Source: an uncultured virus (IMG/VR IMGVR_UViG_3300025121_000021) (lineage: Duplodnaviria; Heunggongvirae; Uroviricota; Caudoviricetes). From it: a DNA stretch of 64,000 nt. Within the stretch, counting starts at the first letter, position 1, and every line of letters starts with the position of its first letter. A program made the position numbers and the translations under genes. A model generated the notes under the pieces. It had not been told where the DNA came from. It saw nothing but the letters and a program-made list of their open reading frames with translations, and did no database searches. This document shows positions 1-10,733 of the stretch, one piece after another. The stretch lies in IMG/VR virus record IMGVR_UViG_3300025121_000021. The stretch is one strand, 5' to 3'.

Positions 1-1
1 A

Positions 2-847
2 CCAAATACCGCTAATCTTCAACATATTCAAATTTTAGAAAAACCAAAAACTGTTGTAAAAGATTCTGTCAATTATCATCTTAAAGAAGATGACGCTTAT
101 ATAGGATGGGCCGACGGAGATTTATTAACTACTTATTGGAATATAGTTTTAGGTACTGGAACAGTAGACGATGGGATTAGTGATGCTGGCCGCGACGTTT
201 TATATCTTTTAAGTAGCCGTTCAGCCGCTGAATATAATGGAGCCTACAAGACTAATTGTGGAAGCCTTAGTGTAGATAATATTGGATTACGCTTCAAATT
301 AAAAACCAATAACTTCTCTAATGGTTTTGCTGGAGTAGACGAAAATACTACTTTAAAATTAGAATTAGTTCCGACAGATTCTACTCTTATTACTGTTTTT
401 ATTTACGAAGATAGTATTTACTACCGCCCTAACCTTGGACCATTTATATACATATGTCCTTGGACAGCCGATGTCTATCATGACTTATTTTTCAAATTAG
501 ACGGAACTGCTACTGCTGGAGGAATTGGGATAAAAGAAGTATGGGTAGATAAAGTCTTGCAAGCATCAAATCTAGCAAGTTCAATGAGAACTATCGTAAG
601 TACTGGTAATAGTGTTTGGATGAGACTAAGAGGTAAAACTGCTGGTAATCCTGACATGCCAGGATCTGCTCATGCTTATATAGATTCTATAACTTTAGGA
701 AGCGTAGACGATGACACTTATGCTGTCCCATATATAGGTTCTAGTTTCACAATGGACGCCTTAGACAATAGATATTATTATATTACTAATAACAATTCGA
801 CCGATAAGAGTATTGCTGTAGTATTTCAAAACGAAGGTAATTTATGA
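2..847 (+). CDS. Partial (5'-truncated) virion structural/tail-associated protein
   Basis: Frame 2 reads open from base 2 to the TGA at 847, so the track ORF 557..847 is only its 3' end. Composition is beta-rich, and it has an ATGA overlap with the next gene. Confidence 0.6.
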   Translation, partial: PNTANLQHIQILEKPKTVVKDSVNYHLKEDDAYIGWADGDLLTTYWNIVLGTGTVDDGISDAGRDVLYLLSSRSAAEYNGAYKTNCGSLSVDNIGLRFKLKTNNFSNGFAGVDENTTLKLELVPTDSTLITVFIYEDSIYYRPNLGPFIYICPWTADVYHDLFFKLDGTATAGGIGIKEVWVDKVLQASNLASSMRTIVSTGNSVWMRLRGKTAGNPDMPGSAHAYIDSITLGSVDDDTYAVPYIGSSFTMDALDNRYYYITNNNSTDKSIAVVFQNEGNL

Positions 848-3246
848 AAAATTATGGGGATTTAAATTTTGTAAATAGTGCTGAGGCACAATTTGGGACA
901 TATTCTACCGGCGGCTATCCATTAATTATGTATGGAGATACTGCAAGCGATACAATATTCTTGCAAAGGACGATCACTACTCCTTCCGCTTCTACGACCT
1001 TTGAAATTATAGATATAGATACTTTCAACTTTACGTCTTCTGCAGCAGCAGTAACCAATGGTTATGAGATAGAATTTATTTCTCCTGACGCTTCTGCGGC
1101 TGGAGTTGGAGGTAGTTTCAAGTTTACTTTTGGAGATGGATACTTCGGAGATATTGATGGTTCTTTAATACTATCTAACCCATATAGGGTAGATGTAGAT
1201 GAAGCCTTTTTCATTACTCAAGGACAAGGAAGTTTATATACAGGTTCCCTTGGTTTTGTTAATCCAAGTGTAAATAAAAACTCTTCTGTTCCTTGTACTG
1301 GCGTAAAAGCTCTTGCAGTTTTTGGTCATGATGGAACAAATTACATGGAAAGTTCTTTGTTTTCTTTTGATTACTTGGCAAACAAATATCTTTACATTGG
1401 AGGTCCAGGAACCTCTAATAAAATATTATTTGGCCCACAAGTAAATTGGTGGAGTGATAGCTTTACCAGTGGAAAAACTGGAGCAACAACTGCCTTTTTA
1501 GCAAGCAGTACAGTTTATTTTGATGGAGGGACAGGATATTTCCAAGGTATTAGTGGATATAAATCAACCGTACAAACTCAAACAGATTTCATTCTTAAAG
1601 CTGGTGACGCTGTTACTGGAGCAATTGAAGGTGGAAGTCTCTTTTTACAACAAGGGGCGCCGGGTTGGGGGGGTGCGCCTACTCCTGAAAGAGGAGTTAT
1701 TTTAGTTGCTTATAAACCAAATGATGTGACACCATATACAATTGGATTTTTTGGAAAGGATAGTTCAACAACCTGTCCCCAAAGTATTGCTTTTGGACCG
1801 TGTCAGCCTTCGGGGTATACAGCAGCAACACCCAATCTAGGTCGGACAGACAATCGTTGGGGAACTCTTTATTGTAAATATGATTTAGAAGGTAATGAGG
1901 TTGCAATAGACCTTATTGGAAACATTCGTTTTGATAATACTTACTCAGGTACAATTTTTGGAGAAGACAAAGCCTCAGGAACAGGAACTTCTTTAACGAT
2001 ACAAGCGGGTGGTGGTGGGACAGGAGTTGGCGGAATTCTATACCTCAAAGGAGGATCTGGAGCTAGTGCAACCGGTAATGTATGTATACAATCCAACACA
2101 ACAAATTACTTAACTCTAGACGCAGATGAGTTTTATCCTTCCGAAACAAACACTATCTCATTAGGTATTAGTACTTCTAAACGTTGGTCTAATATATATA
2201 CTCATATGTTAGATATAAAAACACAAAATGACACACATGTTCCATTAGCTATTCAGAACGCAAGTGGAATAAGTACTTTTCAAATAGCAGGTTCTGGCAG
2301 TAATTATAATATTACTGCTGCAGCTCAAAGTTTCACTATGAGTACTACTGGCGATTGTACTATTCAACCAGGTGGGTCTATTGGCAACAACATGACTCTT
2401 ATTGCCGGGACTACTAGTAGTGGGGATGGAGGTACTTTATACCTTAAAGGTGGAGTTGGTGTTGCTAATGGCGGAAATATTGTTGTTCAAACTGGAGTAC
2501 AAGGAACAACTACAGTTAGTCTTAAACATTATGTCACTAGCGTCTCTAAGACAGTAACATGGGGAAATAATTGTTTATACCCAGGTAATTCTTCTTATGA
2601 TCTAGGAGCAACAACTAATCCTTGGGGAGACCTCCATCTTGTAGGAGACATTTCCGCTGCTTCTATGACATTAACCGGAGATGCAACACTCAAAGATTTA
2701 TATCTTACTGGTAATTGTTATGTAGATAGCGCTATGGTTATCAGCGGAACTACACAAACTTGGGTTGGCTCTGGCGGTGTTGATACTAATGGAGTAGTTG
2801 ATGGAGCCGGAGGGTTCAAAATAAATGGAGCGAGTACTGTCTCTAATACTAACCAGTTTAATGGAGCCGGGGGTGTCAATACCAGTGCATCAATCACTTC
2901 ATCAGGAACATATATTGCAGGTACAGGATCATGTTATGGTAGTTTTGCTGGTGGTGTCCAATCTGGTGGCACTAGTACTGCTTTTCGAAAGATAAGATGG
3001 GAAACCGTAAGTGGATTATATATAAGTACTTCGGAATTTTCTGTGAATTGGACCCGAGGAAGCAAAGTAATAGTAGGAATCAGTGCTATTTGGTTCGACA
3101 ATGATGCAGCAACTTATTATGTTTTACCGTCACATAGTCATGATACAACTGCTTACTATACTGGAACTGCATTTAAAGCTACAAATACAGCAGATTTCCT
3201 AGCAGCAGATACAGTAACATTTACAGTATATTACTATATACCTTAA
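844..3246 (+). CDS. Tail fibre / receptor-binding-like protein (800 aa)
   Basis: G/T/S-rich, with thrice-repeated modules 'L.AG....GG.L(Y/F)L..G' and 'LG....(R/P)W..(L/I)'. Confidence 0.6.
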   Translation: MKNYGDLNFVNSAEAQFGTYSTGGYPLIMYGDTASDTIFLQRTITTPSASTTFEIIDIDTFNFTSSAAAVTNGYEIEFISPDASAAGVGGSFKFTFGDGYFGDIDGSLILSNPYRVDVDEAFFITQGQGSLYTGSLGFVNPSVNKNSSVPCTGVKALAVFGHDGTNYMESSLFSFDYLANKYLYIGGPGTSNKILFGPQVNWWSDSFTSGKTGATTAFLASSTVYFDGGTGYFQGISGYKSTVQTQTDFILKAGDAVTGAIEGGSLFLQQGAPGWGGAPTPERGVILVAYKPNDVTPYTIGFFGKDSSTTCPQSIAFGPCQPSGYTAATPNLGRTDNRWGTLYCKYDLEGNEVAIDLIGNIRFDNTYSGTIFGEDKASGTGTSLTIQAGGGGTGVGGILYLKGGSGASATGNVCIQSNTTNYLTLDADEFYPSETNTISLGISTSKRWSNIYTHMLDIKTQNDTHVPLAIQNASGISTFQIAGSGSNYNITAAAQSFTMSTTGDCTIQPGGSIGNNMTLIAGTTSSGDGGTLYLKGGVGVANGGNIVVQTGVQGTTTVSLKHYVTSVSKTVTWGNNCLYPGNSSYDLGATTNPWGDLHLVGDISAASMTLTGDATLKDLYLTGNCYVDSAMVISGTTQTWVGSGGVDTNGVVDGAGGFKINGASTVSNTNQFNGAGGVNTSASITSSGTYIAGTGSCYGSFAGGVQSGGTSTAFRKIRWETVSGLYISTSEFSVNWTRGSKVIVGISAIWFDNDAATYYVLPSHSHDTTAYYTGTAFKATNTADFLAADTVTFTVYYYIP

Positions 3247-3255
3247 GGAGTATTT

Positions 3256-3798
3256 ATGCTTAAGTTCATTTACTGGTTGTGGATGTTTTCTAGCTGGGTT
3301 ATGAAATTTTGGTATAATATCCGTTATGTTTTTAAAAAAAAGCAAGCACTCAAAGACCTGAAAGCTTGGGAAAAAACTTTTGCCGAGTGTGAATCTCTAG
3401 ATGATATTAGTAAACAGTTAAGTATCGCTCCCTTGCGATGGAAGTCAGATTATTTTGGTGGGACCTTAGATAATATATCTGAACCTTGGGTGACTCTTGC
3501 TGCTAAAGGTGGAGACTGCGATAGTCTTGCAAGACTATGGTCTCATCTCTTAGAATTCTGTCCTATCGTCACTGACGTTTATCAGTTTGCTATGGTTGAA
3601 GGAGTTCGCGGCCATGTTGTTGTCGTATTTAAAATGAGAGACAATCATAGATGGTTTGTAATAAGTAATTTCTTCCTTCTTGGATCTACATATGTTAAAT
3701 TCTCTACGATAGGAGATCGTTTTTATCGTTATTTTAGTCATGGATATCTTTACGACAACAATCTAAAACTAATACAAATAGTAAAACCAGGAGATTAA
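3256..3798 (+). CDS. Transglutaminase-like cysteine protease domain protein
   Basis: GGDCDSLA (catalytic Cys) and GHVVVV (His) motifs. Confidence 0.55.
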   Translation: MLKFIYWLWMFSSWVMKFWYNIRYVFKKKQALKDLKAWEKTFAECESLDDISKQLSIAPLRWKSDYFGGTLDNISEPWVTLAAKGGDCDSLARLWSHLLEFCPIVTDVYQFAMVEGVRGHVVVVFKMRDNHRWFVISNFFLLGSTYVKFSTIGDRFYRYFSHGYLYDNNLKLIQIVKPGD

Positions 3799-4212
3799 AT
3801 GTACTTTAGTCCCGAAGAAAGAATTGCTAGAAGAGTAGGAAAGTTCAAACCTAAAACTATGAGTAAAGAATTTCCTATTAATTCTAATCATGTAAAAGAG
3901 ATATCTGTTATTCGGGAAGTTAAAATTGTAGAACAGTTTGACAAGAAAAAGTTAAATGATATTGCGCGCGAATTAGCTAAAGAAATACTAAAAGAAATTT
4001 TAGCCTTAATTCCGCAACAACAATTAAAAGAAATTTCAAATAATATTGATAACTTAAAACCCAAAGGTTTAGATTTACAAATACCTATATTACCTGATAA
4101 AATAAAGGTTGAGAGAGTTGCTCCAGATGGGCTTGATAATGTCAAAGTCCAATCTCAGACAACTAGTTCAGACATAGATAATATCCTTGCAAAATTAGCA
4201 GGAGTTTTATGA
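3799..4212 (+). CDS. Hypothetical protein
   Basis: ATG directly after the upstream stop, GGAG RBS, overlap with the next gene. Confidence 0.6.
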   Translation: MYFSPEERIARRVGKFKPKTMSKEFPINSNHVKEISVIREVKIVEQFDKKKLNDIARELAKEILKEILALIPQQQLKEISNNIDNLKPKGLDLQIPILPDKIKVERVAPDGLDNVKVQSQTTSSDIDNILAKLAGVL

Positions 4213-5249
4213 GTTTTTTCGGTCTTGATGTTGGTACTTCTAACTTAGTTTCCGCTTATGAATTAGGCGGAAAAATTCTTTATAAGAAAGTTAGAGATGC
4301 CTTTTATGTAATAAATTTAGACAAAGGGATAGGAATAAATCCTTTACAAGCCGCTGGTGTTTCGTATCTAGAACAAGATGGCAAGATTTTTTTGTTAGGT
4401 GACGATGCGGTACGGTTTGCTGCTGGACAAAACCAACAGGCCAGACGCCCCATGAAGAATGGTCTTATATCTGATATAGACCTAGAGGCTGAAGGTATGA
4501 TGATAAAGCTTTTAAGTGCGGTTACTTCTAACATACCAGAAGGAAGTATCGTGAAATTTTCTATCCCTGCCAAACAGTTGGGAGCAGATGATAGTCCATT
4601 GGTTATTCATTCGGAAATTATACAAGACATTTTACAGACATTAGGGTTTAAAGGAAGTCCAATAAATGAGGCTGCTTGTGTAGTTTTATCTGAATTGGCC
4701 GAATTAAAATTTACTGGTTTAGCTATTTCTGCTGGTGGTGGATTAATTAATTCTACGATTTGTAATCTTGGCCAACCCTTATCTGATTTCACTTTCAGTA
4801 TACAGGGCTCTGGAGATAAGATAGATCAGATAGTTGCTAATTCTTTACGAGGGCTTGGAGTCTCAACGACTTCTATTACTTTAGCCAAAGAAAGAATGAG
4901 TAAAGAGAAACGGGGTATTTATAATCCTGCAGGCAGAAATTCCAAAGAGCAAAGAATAGAGAAAGGTATTGCCTCTGCCTATAAGAGTATTATAGATAAT
5001 TTCGTTGACAATTTAGAGATGGTATTTGCAACTTCTCACAATATTCCAAACTTTGAAGATAAACTAGCCTTTGTAGTTGCTGGAGGAACCGCTTTAATGC
5101 CTGGGTTCTGTGATTATTTAAATGAAGCAATGGCGCGCAAAAAATTTCCTATAGAAATAGATCAGGCCCATTTAGCTTCTGAGCCACTAGATTGTGTGGC
5201 AAAAGGTGCTTTAATTGCTGCGAGGTTGACAAATGGCCAATCAATTTAA
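4209..5249 (+). CDS. Actin-like ATPase (MreB/ParM/Hsp70 superfamily)
   Basis: GLDVGTSN phosphate-1, INEA connect-1, SAGGG phosphate-2, AGGTALMPG adenosine motif and C-terminal PLDCVAKG. Confidence 0.8.
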   Translation: MSFFGLDVGTSNLVSAYELGGKILYKKVRDAFYVINLDKGIGINPLQAAGVSYLEQDGKIFLLGDDAVRFAAGQNQQARRPMKNGLISDIDLEAEGMMIKLLSAVTSNIPEGSIVKFSIPAKQLGADDSPLVIHSEIIQDILQTLGFKGSPINEAACVVLSELAELKFTGLAISAGGGLINSTICNLGQPLSDFTFSIQGSGDKIDQIVANSLRGLGVSTTSITLAKERMSKEKRGIYNPAGRNSKEQRIEKGIASAYKSIIDNFVDNLEMVFATSHNIPNFEDKLAFVVAGGTALMPGFCDYLNEAMARKKFPIEIDQAHLASEPLDCVAKGALIAARLTNGQSI

Positions 5250-5460
5250 AGGTTTTATAGACAATATTAGTTTAATTGTTCAAATTATTATAGTCATAGG
5301 TGCTCTTTTAGGTTTGACTGGCTGGGCTTTAACAGAAGCTAGAAGTTATACAGATCTTCAAATTGAAGCAGTCGAAAAGTATAATATTACTGTACAAAAT
5401 GACACAATTAAAAGACTAGATAGAATTGAAAATAAACTAGACCGAATGCTAGAAAAATGA
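5233..5460 (+). CDS. Small membrane protein (holin/lysis-associated-like)
   Basis: One N-terminal hydrophobic helix plus a C-terminal coiled coil, LDRIENKLDR. Confidence 0.45.
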   Translation: MANQFKGFIDNISLIVQIIIVIGALLGLTGWALTEARSYTDLQIEAVEKYNITVQNDTIKRLDRIENKLDRMLEK

Positions 5461-5702
5461 AATGGTTAACTGATCCTAAAGATAATACTCCCTCAGTAAG
5501 TTTAACACTCTTATTAGTAGCTTTCATGGCTACACTAGTATGTGTTTTATTTGGAGGTTCCAGCTTTTTACTAGGATCTATGACCATAGTTATTCCTAGC
5601 GCAGACACAACATTTTTAGCCACTATTGCTGGATTATATTTTACTCGACGCAATATTACATTTGGATTTAAAAGTTCTAATATAGAGAGACCAGAAATAT
5701 GA
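5457..5702 (+). CDS. Putative holin
   Basis: 81 aa with two hydrophobic segments and a charged C-terminus. Confidence 0.45.
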   Translation: MKWLTDPKDNTPSVSLTLLLVAFMATLVCVLFGGSSFLLGSMTIVIPSADTTFLATIAGLYFTRRNITFGFKSSNIERPEI

Positions 5703-6187
5703 GCGAAGTTACAGAGACCATTATAGTCCAACAAGTTGTTTTATCTGTAGCCGGAGCTTCTACAGTCGCATATGACATATTAGTTGATGGTCGTTATTGC
5801 AATTTTAATATCCTAGAAGAAGATGGAACTGATTATTTAAAAGTTAAAGACGATGATGCTAGGATAGGAGATATTGTAGTATGGCGCTCTTCGGATACTA
5901 CTCCTAAGATTAGAATTACTTTCACTTCTGCTTTTGAAGGATTGTTAGTTGTATTGGGTGGAGCAACTGAAACTTATGAAATTCTTGACCGTATAGATGA
6001 TTTAGAAATCGCGGTTAATACTTTGATTAATGCTGCAAATTATAAATTTGCTAAAGTTGTTCCTGTAAGTTCTGCTATTGACATTGTATCCAATCGTTGT
6101 TCTACAGTAGAGACTCGTCTACTTGATATAGAAGAACAACTTACCCGTCTCAATCGTTACTTAAACACTACTACAGTGATTAGTTAA
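5699..6187 (+). CDS. Hypothetical protein with C-terminal coiled coil
   Basis: ORF with ATGA overlap and a heptad pattern at the C-terminus. Confidence 0.55.
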   Translation: MSEVTETIIVQQVVLSVAGASTVAYDILVDGRYCNFNILEEDGTDYLKVKDDDARIGDIVVWRSSDTTPKIRITFTSAFEGLLVVLGGATETYEILDRIDDLEIAVNTLINAANYKFAKVVPVSSAIDIVSNRCSTVETRLLDIEEQLTRLNRYLNTTTVIS

Positions 6188-6256
6188 CGAAACCCTTCTG
6201 TCTAATTAGTTTCTAAGTTACAATAAATTTTAATATAGTTTTATTTGGAGTATTTC

Positions 6257-7225
6257 ATGGGCGAATTACGTGATATTAATTTATTAGGTCGAATGAACCA
6301 AGCTGTAACCAGCAAAGTGACTTTACCATATCGTTCAGATTGGTTAAGACCCACAGAAGCATCAGTTATAGACATCCATGGTAACGTTCTGGGCCATTGC
6401 GCGCGTTCTATTTACTACCGCATCAAAGGGGAAGGGGTTACCAATCCTATGTCTCTAAAGGCCTTAAAACGCGCTGAATTGGGCAACTATGTAGAAGAGG
6501 CAATTCGGAATAGAATTCGCGACACTGGATTATATGTCGGATCTAATATGAGGTATAGAAACCAAGAATATAATATTTCTGGAGAAATGGATTGCTTAGT
6601 AAAACATGGAACTGATTATATTGCCGTAGAAGTAAAAAGTTTCTGGGGGTATAACGCAGAACGTGAAATTATGGGAGGTTGGAGAGGTAGAGGAAATGGA
6701 CGTTATTTTGAACCTGGTAAACCAAAGGATAATCATCTTTTACAATTATTAGTTTATATTTCTTCTTTTAATGAAACTAGAGCAGAAGAAAATAATGGTT
6801 TCTTTTTAACCGGAGGTAAATTAATTTATTCTTCGCGTGACACACAAGATGACAAAGAATTTGATGTAGAAATTGTAGAAGGAGCCAATGGAGTTCATCA
6901 CGCAAAAGTATCTTGTTTGTGTGAAGACGGAAATTATCATAGAGTCCTAAGAGACGACTTTACTATAGAAGGACTATACGAACGTTATGTTTTTATCCAA
7001 GGCAAAATAAATAGGAACGAAATCCCAAACCGTGAATTTAGGAGATTTCTAACTAACGCTGAAATTACTACTGCTGCAGAAAGTGGAGAAATTTCTAAAA
7101 CTACTTATGCAGAATGGCAACGAAGTCCTAATGAGCTTAATACAGAAAAATGTGGAGGATCATGGCAATGTTGCTACTGCGATTTCAAACAAATTTGTAC
7201 ACCTTGGGCAGCTAGACAAAACTAA
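6257..7225 (+). CDS. Cas4-like / PD-(D/E)XK exonuclease
   Basis: N-terminal CAR, G..D..EVKS core, QL..Y, and C-terminal CCYCDFKQIC Fe-S cluster cysteines. ATG at 6257 follows GGAG. Confidence 0.75.
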   Translation: MGELRDINLLGRMNQAVTSKVTLPYRSDWLRPTEASVIDIHGNVLGHCARSIYYRIKGEGVTNPMSLKALKRAELGNYVEEAIRNRIRDTGLYVGSNMRYRNQEYNISGEMDCLVKHGTDYIAVEVKSFWGYNAEREIMGGWRGRGNGRYFEPGKPKDNHLLQLLVYISSFNETRAEENNGFFLTGGKLIYSSRDTQDDKEFDVEIVEGANGVHHAKVSCLCEDGNYHRVLRDDFTIEGLYERYVFIQGKINRNEIPNREFRRFLTNAEITTAAESGEISKTTYAEWQRSPNELNTEKCGGSWQCCYCDFKQICTPWAARQN

Positions 7226-7251
7226 TCTGGGAGAATTGATTTTAAGGTACT

Positions 7252-9870
7252 ATGCGTATAAATAATTTAGATGAATTAATCCAAAATTTAAAACTGCGTT
7301 TAAAAGAATATTTACAAATGCACGACATAGATACGTCGCGGCATTTTTTTTGTATAAACCCTGAGCATGAAGAAACTGTTCCTTCTTGTAGTATAGTTCC
7401 ATCTAACCCATTGATAGGACATTGCTTTTCCTGTTTAAATAGTTTTGATATATTTCGTGCTGCACATTGGTTAGAAGATTTGCCAGAAGAAGGGGATGAT
7501 TTTGTTAAAATAACTGTCCCTACTTTAGCTGCAAAGTTTGGTTTATCAGTTGAATATACTGAAGCAACCGACGAAGAAAAATATCGGATCAAAACTTATG
7601 CGGCATATAAAGCTGCTGCAGAATATATCGCTTCTAATATTACTCCTTTGGCCATGGCTGAAATTGAACGTAGAGGTTGGCCTTTAGATTTAGTTAAAGA
7701 AGAATATATTGGTTCTGTCCCAGACTATAGAAGTTTTAGACAGCATCTTAAAAGTTTAGATTTTGAGGCGCGCTTTTTAGACGATATAGACTTAGATAGA
7801 CAAGATATCTTCAATGAAAATAATTTACTTTTTACTGTTTCTGACGAGTATGGTAAACCAGTTGGGTTTGCTGCTCGTAATCTTATGTATGAACAAGAAA
7901 GCAAAGACTTTGAAAATAATAGAAGAGGCGAAGCACCTAAAAAATATATTAATTCTAAAACCGGAACTGGTCCTAAGTGCAATATATATCAAAAGTCAAA
8001 ACGACTTTATATGTTACATAGAGCAAAAAAATGGCAACCACCTCTCTATATAGTAGAAGGATATAGTGATGCTATTACTTTAGTTGCTCATGGAATAAAT
8101 AATGTAGCCGCTTGTGGTGGGACTGCTTTTACAGATGACCACATAGATCTACTCAACCAATTAAAGATACGCGAAATTTGTCTTATGCTTGATGGAGATG
8201 AACCTGGACAAAAGCGTATGGAAAAAATCATTCAAGAAAAATTTTCTCAATATAGAAATTTTGAGATTGGAATTATTACAATTCCAGATAAGAAAGATCC
8301 CGATGATTATATCAGAGAATTTGGGCCAGAAGAATTTTTAAAGTTACCAGTATTTACTCCATTTGAATGGAAACTTCGTAGGTATGAAGACCGCGAAGAT
8401 CCTAATAAGATTGTCGTCGAAATGATTCCTTTGATTATTACAGAGTCTTCTCATATTAAAAGAGAAGACATGATACGTGACTTAGCTACTCATACTGGAT
8501 ATTCCCAAGAAGCTATCTTAGCAGAAGTTTCAAGAATGGAAGATAGTAGTGAAGAAGTTAAAATCAATGAATTTAAAAATGTCGGAACTTGGATTTCGTC
8601 AGAAATAAAAAGAAATCCAGGGCAAATTGAACTCATTCTTTCTCAAGGTATAGAACGAGTTGGTAGTTTAACCGAGAATTTTAAAACCACAGATCTTTTT
8701 GACGTGTGTTTAAAGACAGTTCAAGACAATAAACTAGAAGAAGAAGTAAGGCCAGCACAAGTTAAAGCCTTGAATCTTGGTCCTAACTTTACTGAACTAT
8801 CTCGTTGTATAGAAGGAAACTGGTCCGATTCAGTTGCTTTCTTTATTGGAGGCGGAGCTAATGCAGGTAAATCTTTATGGCTTTCTCAGTTAGCTTACAA
8901 TATTGCTAAACACACTGAAGATGTAATTGTATTTGTACAAACACTAGACGACAATAAGTCTCAATGGGAAAGTAAAGTATTAGCTTGTATAGCCCAAAAT
9001 CATATAGATAGAGATACACCCGCATACATTTCTATTAATAAGTTAAGAAATCCTAGTTATTATACGCAACCCGAATTACTAGAGAGAGAAGGAAATGACC
9101 AGCTATTAGCTATCAGAGATAAAGCATACAATGAATATATGGAGTTAATTAGAGGTCGTAAATTACTTGTGGTTGATGCCACCGGAAATGAAGCTGGATT
9201 AGGTAAATGTCCAGATTTTAAAACTGCCATTACTTTCTTAACTATGCTTCGCAAGAAAAATCCTACTAAAAAGATAGTATGGGTGTTAGATAACTTCCAT
9301 GATTTATTAGACGGAGACGCAGAAGATGAACCCGTCCGAGTCAAAAAATTAGCCAAACAATATCGAACTTTAGTCAAACGGCTAAAGCTTATTGCTTTCG
9401 CAAGCGTAGAATATACCAAACTTGATCCTAAAGAAAGACCAAATAATCGTAAGATCGCATGGAGTGTCTCATTGGAATATGCAGCTAGTATGATTATCCA
9501 TATCTATAACAAATTGAATGGATTCATACAATGTGGAGAAGGTGATCTATGTGATGCATACCACGAAGGGAAACCTTGGATGAGATCTCTAATGAACAAT
9601 ATAGAGAAAATGCCTATTGTAGAATTGATTATTGGTAAAAATAAAATTACCAGTGTCAAAAATGAAGTATTCTATATGAAGATGTACCCTGATTTAGGAC
9701 GACTTGAAGGTATTACAAGTGAAGAATATAAACAGATTATTACCGAACATCAAGGTGAGATAGTACAAGACCTTAACGATGATAAGACAATGCAAGCTAA
9801 ATATCTATGGAATACTGAAGGTCTATTAAGTGAACATAAGAAGAAGTGGGCTAAAGAGATTGTTCAATGA
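7252..9870 (+). CDS. Fused DnaG-type primase / DnaB-like helicase
   Basis: Zn finger (C..PEH...HCFSC), TOPRIM VEGYSD / LDGD / KDPDD, Walker A GGANAGKS and Walker B WVLDN. Confidence 0.85.
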   Translation: MRINNLDELIQNLKLRLKEYLQMHDIDTSRHFFCINPEHEETVPSCSIVPSNPLIGHCFSCLNSFDIFRAAHWLEDLPEEGDDFVKITVPTLAAKFGLSVEYTEATDEEKYRIKTYAAYKAAAEYIASNITPLAMAEIERRGWPLDLVKEEYIGSVPDYRSFRQHLKSLDFEARFLDDIDLDRQDIFNENNLLFTVSDEYGKPVGFAARNLMYEQESKDFENNRRGEAPKKYINSKTGTGPKCNIYQKSKRLYMLHRAKKWQPPLYIVEGYSDAITLVAHGINNVAACGGTAFTDDHIDLLNQLKIREICLMLDGDEPGQKRMEKIIQEKFSQYRNFEIGIITIPDKKDPDDYIREFGPEEFLKLPVFTPFEWKLRRYEDREDPNKIVVEMIPLIITESSHIKREDMIRDLATHTGYSQEAILAEVSRMEDSSEEVKINEFKNVGTWISSEIKRNPGQIELILSQGIERVGSLTENFKTTDLFDVCLKTVQDNKLEEEVRPAQVKALNLGPNFTELSRCIEGNWSDSVAFFIGGGANAGKSLWLSQLAYNIAKHTEDVIVFVQTLDDNKSQWESKVLACIAQNHIDRDTPAYISINKLRNPSYYTQPELLEREGNDQLLAIRDKAYNEYMELIRGRKLLVVDATGNEAGLGKCPDFKTAITFLTMLRKKNPTKKIVWVLDNFHDLLDGDAEDEPVRVKKLAKQYRTLVKRLKLIAFASVEYTKLDPKERPNNRKIAWSVSLEYAASMIIHIYNKLNGFIQCGEGDLCDAYHEGKPWMRSLMNNIEKMPIVELIIGKNKITSVKNEVFYMKMYPDLGRLEGITSEEYKQIITEHQGEIVQDLNDDKTMQAKYLWNTEGLLSEHKKKWAKEIVQ

Positions 9871-10535
9871 CCTACGAAGATATTTATAGTTTTTTATATT
9901 GTCCTTATACTTTAAATTTTGGAAAAGTTAAACGTCAAGTAGACGTAACAATTCTAGAAGATATGGCCGTAAGGACTTTTAGACAAGAAAAAGAACAAAA
10001 AACTTGTCTAACTCAAAATGAATTCACAAAATTATTCAATAAATATTTTTGGAGTAACAAGGAATTAAACGAAACGTCAATGACATTATCTAATCAATGG
10101 TATTCTATAGTTTTACAATGGTTTAAATGGTATAAAAATTATGAAGGTGAATTACTTAATATATACGTTCCATTTTTATTAGATACTGTATTAGCTGATT
10201 ATTTTATTGCGCCTTTAGTTTTTTTTGATAAAACATTAATTGTACATACATTTAATCAAAAATTAGATTCATTAGCTTTATTTAACAAAGATTTATATTA
10301 CCGTACTTTAGGGTTAGCAATTTATCAACAATTTAAAGTTTACGCACATATAACAAATTGGTATGTTACTCCAAGAAATATAGTACGTAATTTTACGTTA
10401 GAGACTAACGATGCTTTTTTACATAGAACAGAAGAATTACTAGTTGAAATAATCAATCGTATACGAAATAAAACACGTTACCCGGTATTAGAAAGATGCA
10501 AGGATTGCTTGCACAAAGATATTTGTTTTTTGTGA
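9867..10535 (+). CDS. Degenerate PD-(D/E)XK-like protein
   Basis: N-terminal YCP and C-terminal CKDC...IC as in AddB/Cas4-like folds. Catalytic residues are not evident. Confidence 0.4.
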   Translation: MTYEDIYSFLYCPYTLNFGKVKRQVDVTILEDMAVRTFRQEKEQKTCLTQNEFTKLFNKYFWSNKELNETSMTLSNQWYSIVLQWFKWYKNYEGELLNIYVPFLLDTVLADYFIAPLVFFDKTLIVHTFNQKLDSLALFNKDLYYRTLGLAIYQQFKVYAHITNWYVTPRNIVRNFTLETNDAFLHRTEELLVEIINRIRNKTRYPVLERCKDCLHKDICFL

Positions 10536-10541
10536 GGAATT

Positions 10542-10733
10542 ATGGATAAAACAATTATTATATATGAAGACAAAGAAATAGGAGAAACTATTAAGGAAGA
10601 AAAGAAAAAGAAGAGCAATAGAGATCCTATTTTTCTTGTTTGTCCCTACTGTGATACCGATATTGAAGTAGGAAACGATCGAGGCAGGATTCTTTGCTCA
10701 TCTTGTGGAGGACTAGCTGGATACGTAAAATGA
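10542..10733 (+). CDS. Zinc-ribbon protein
   Basis: CPYC...CSSC. Confidence 0.6.
   Translation: MDKTIIIYEDKEIGETIKEEKKKKSNRDPIFLVCPYCDTDIEVGNDRGRILCSSCGGLAGYVK

Noticed and set aside
6257..7225. CRISPR-Cas locus
   Set aside because: This is a solo Cas4-like nuclease, typical of phage replication modules. No repeat-spacer array or other cas genes were seen.
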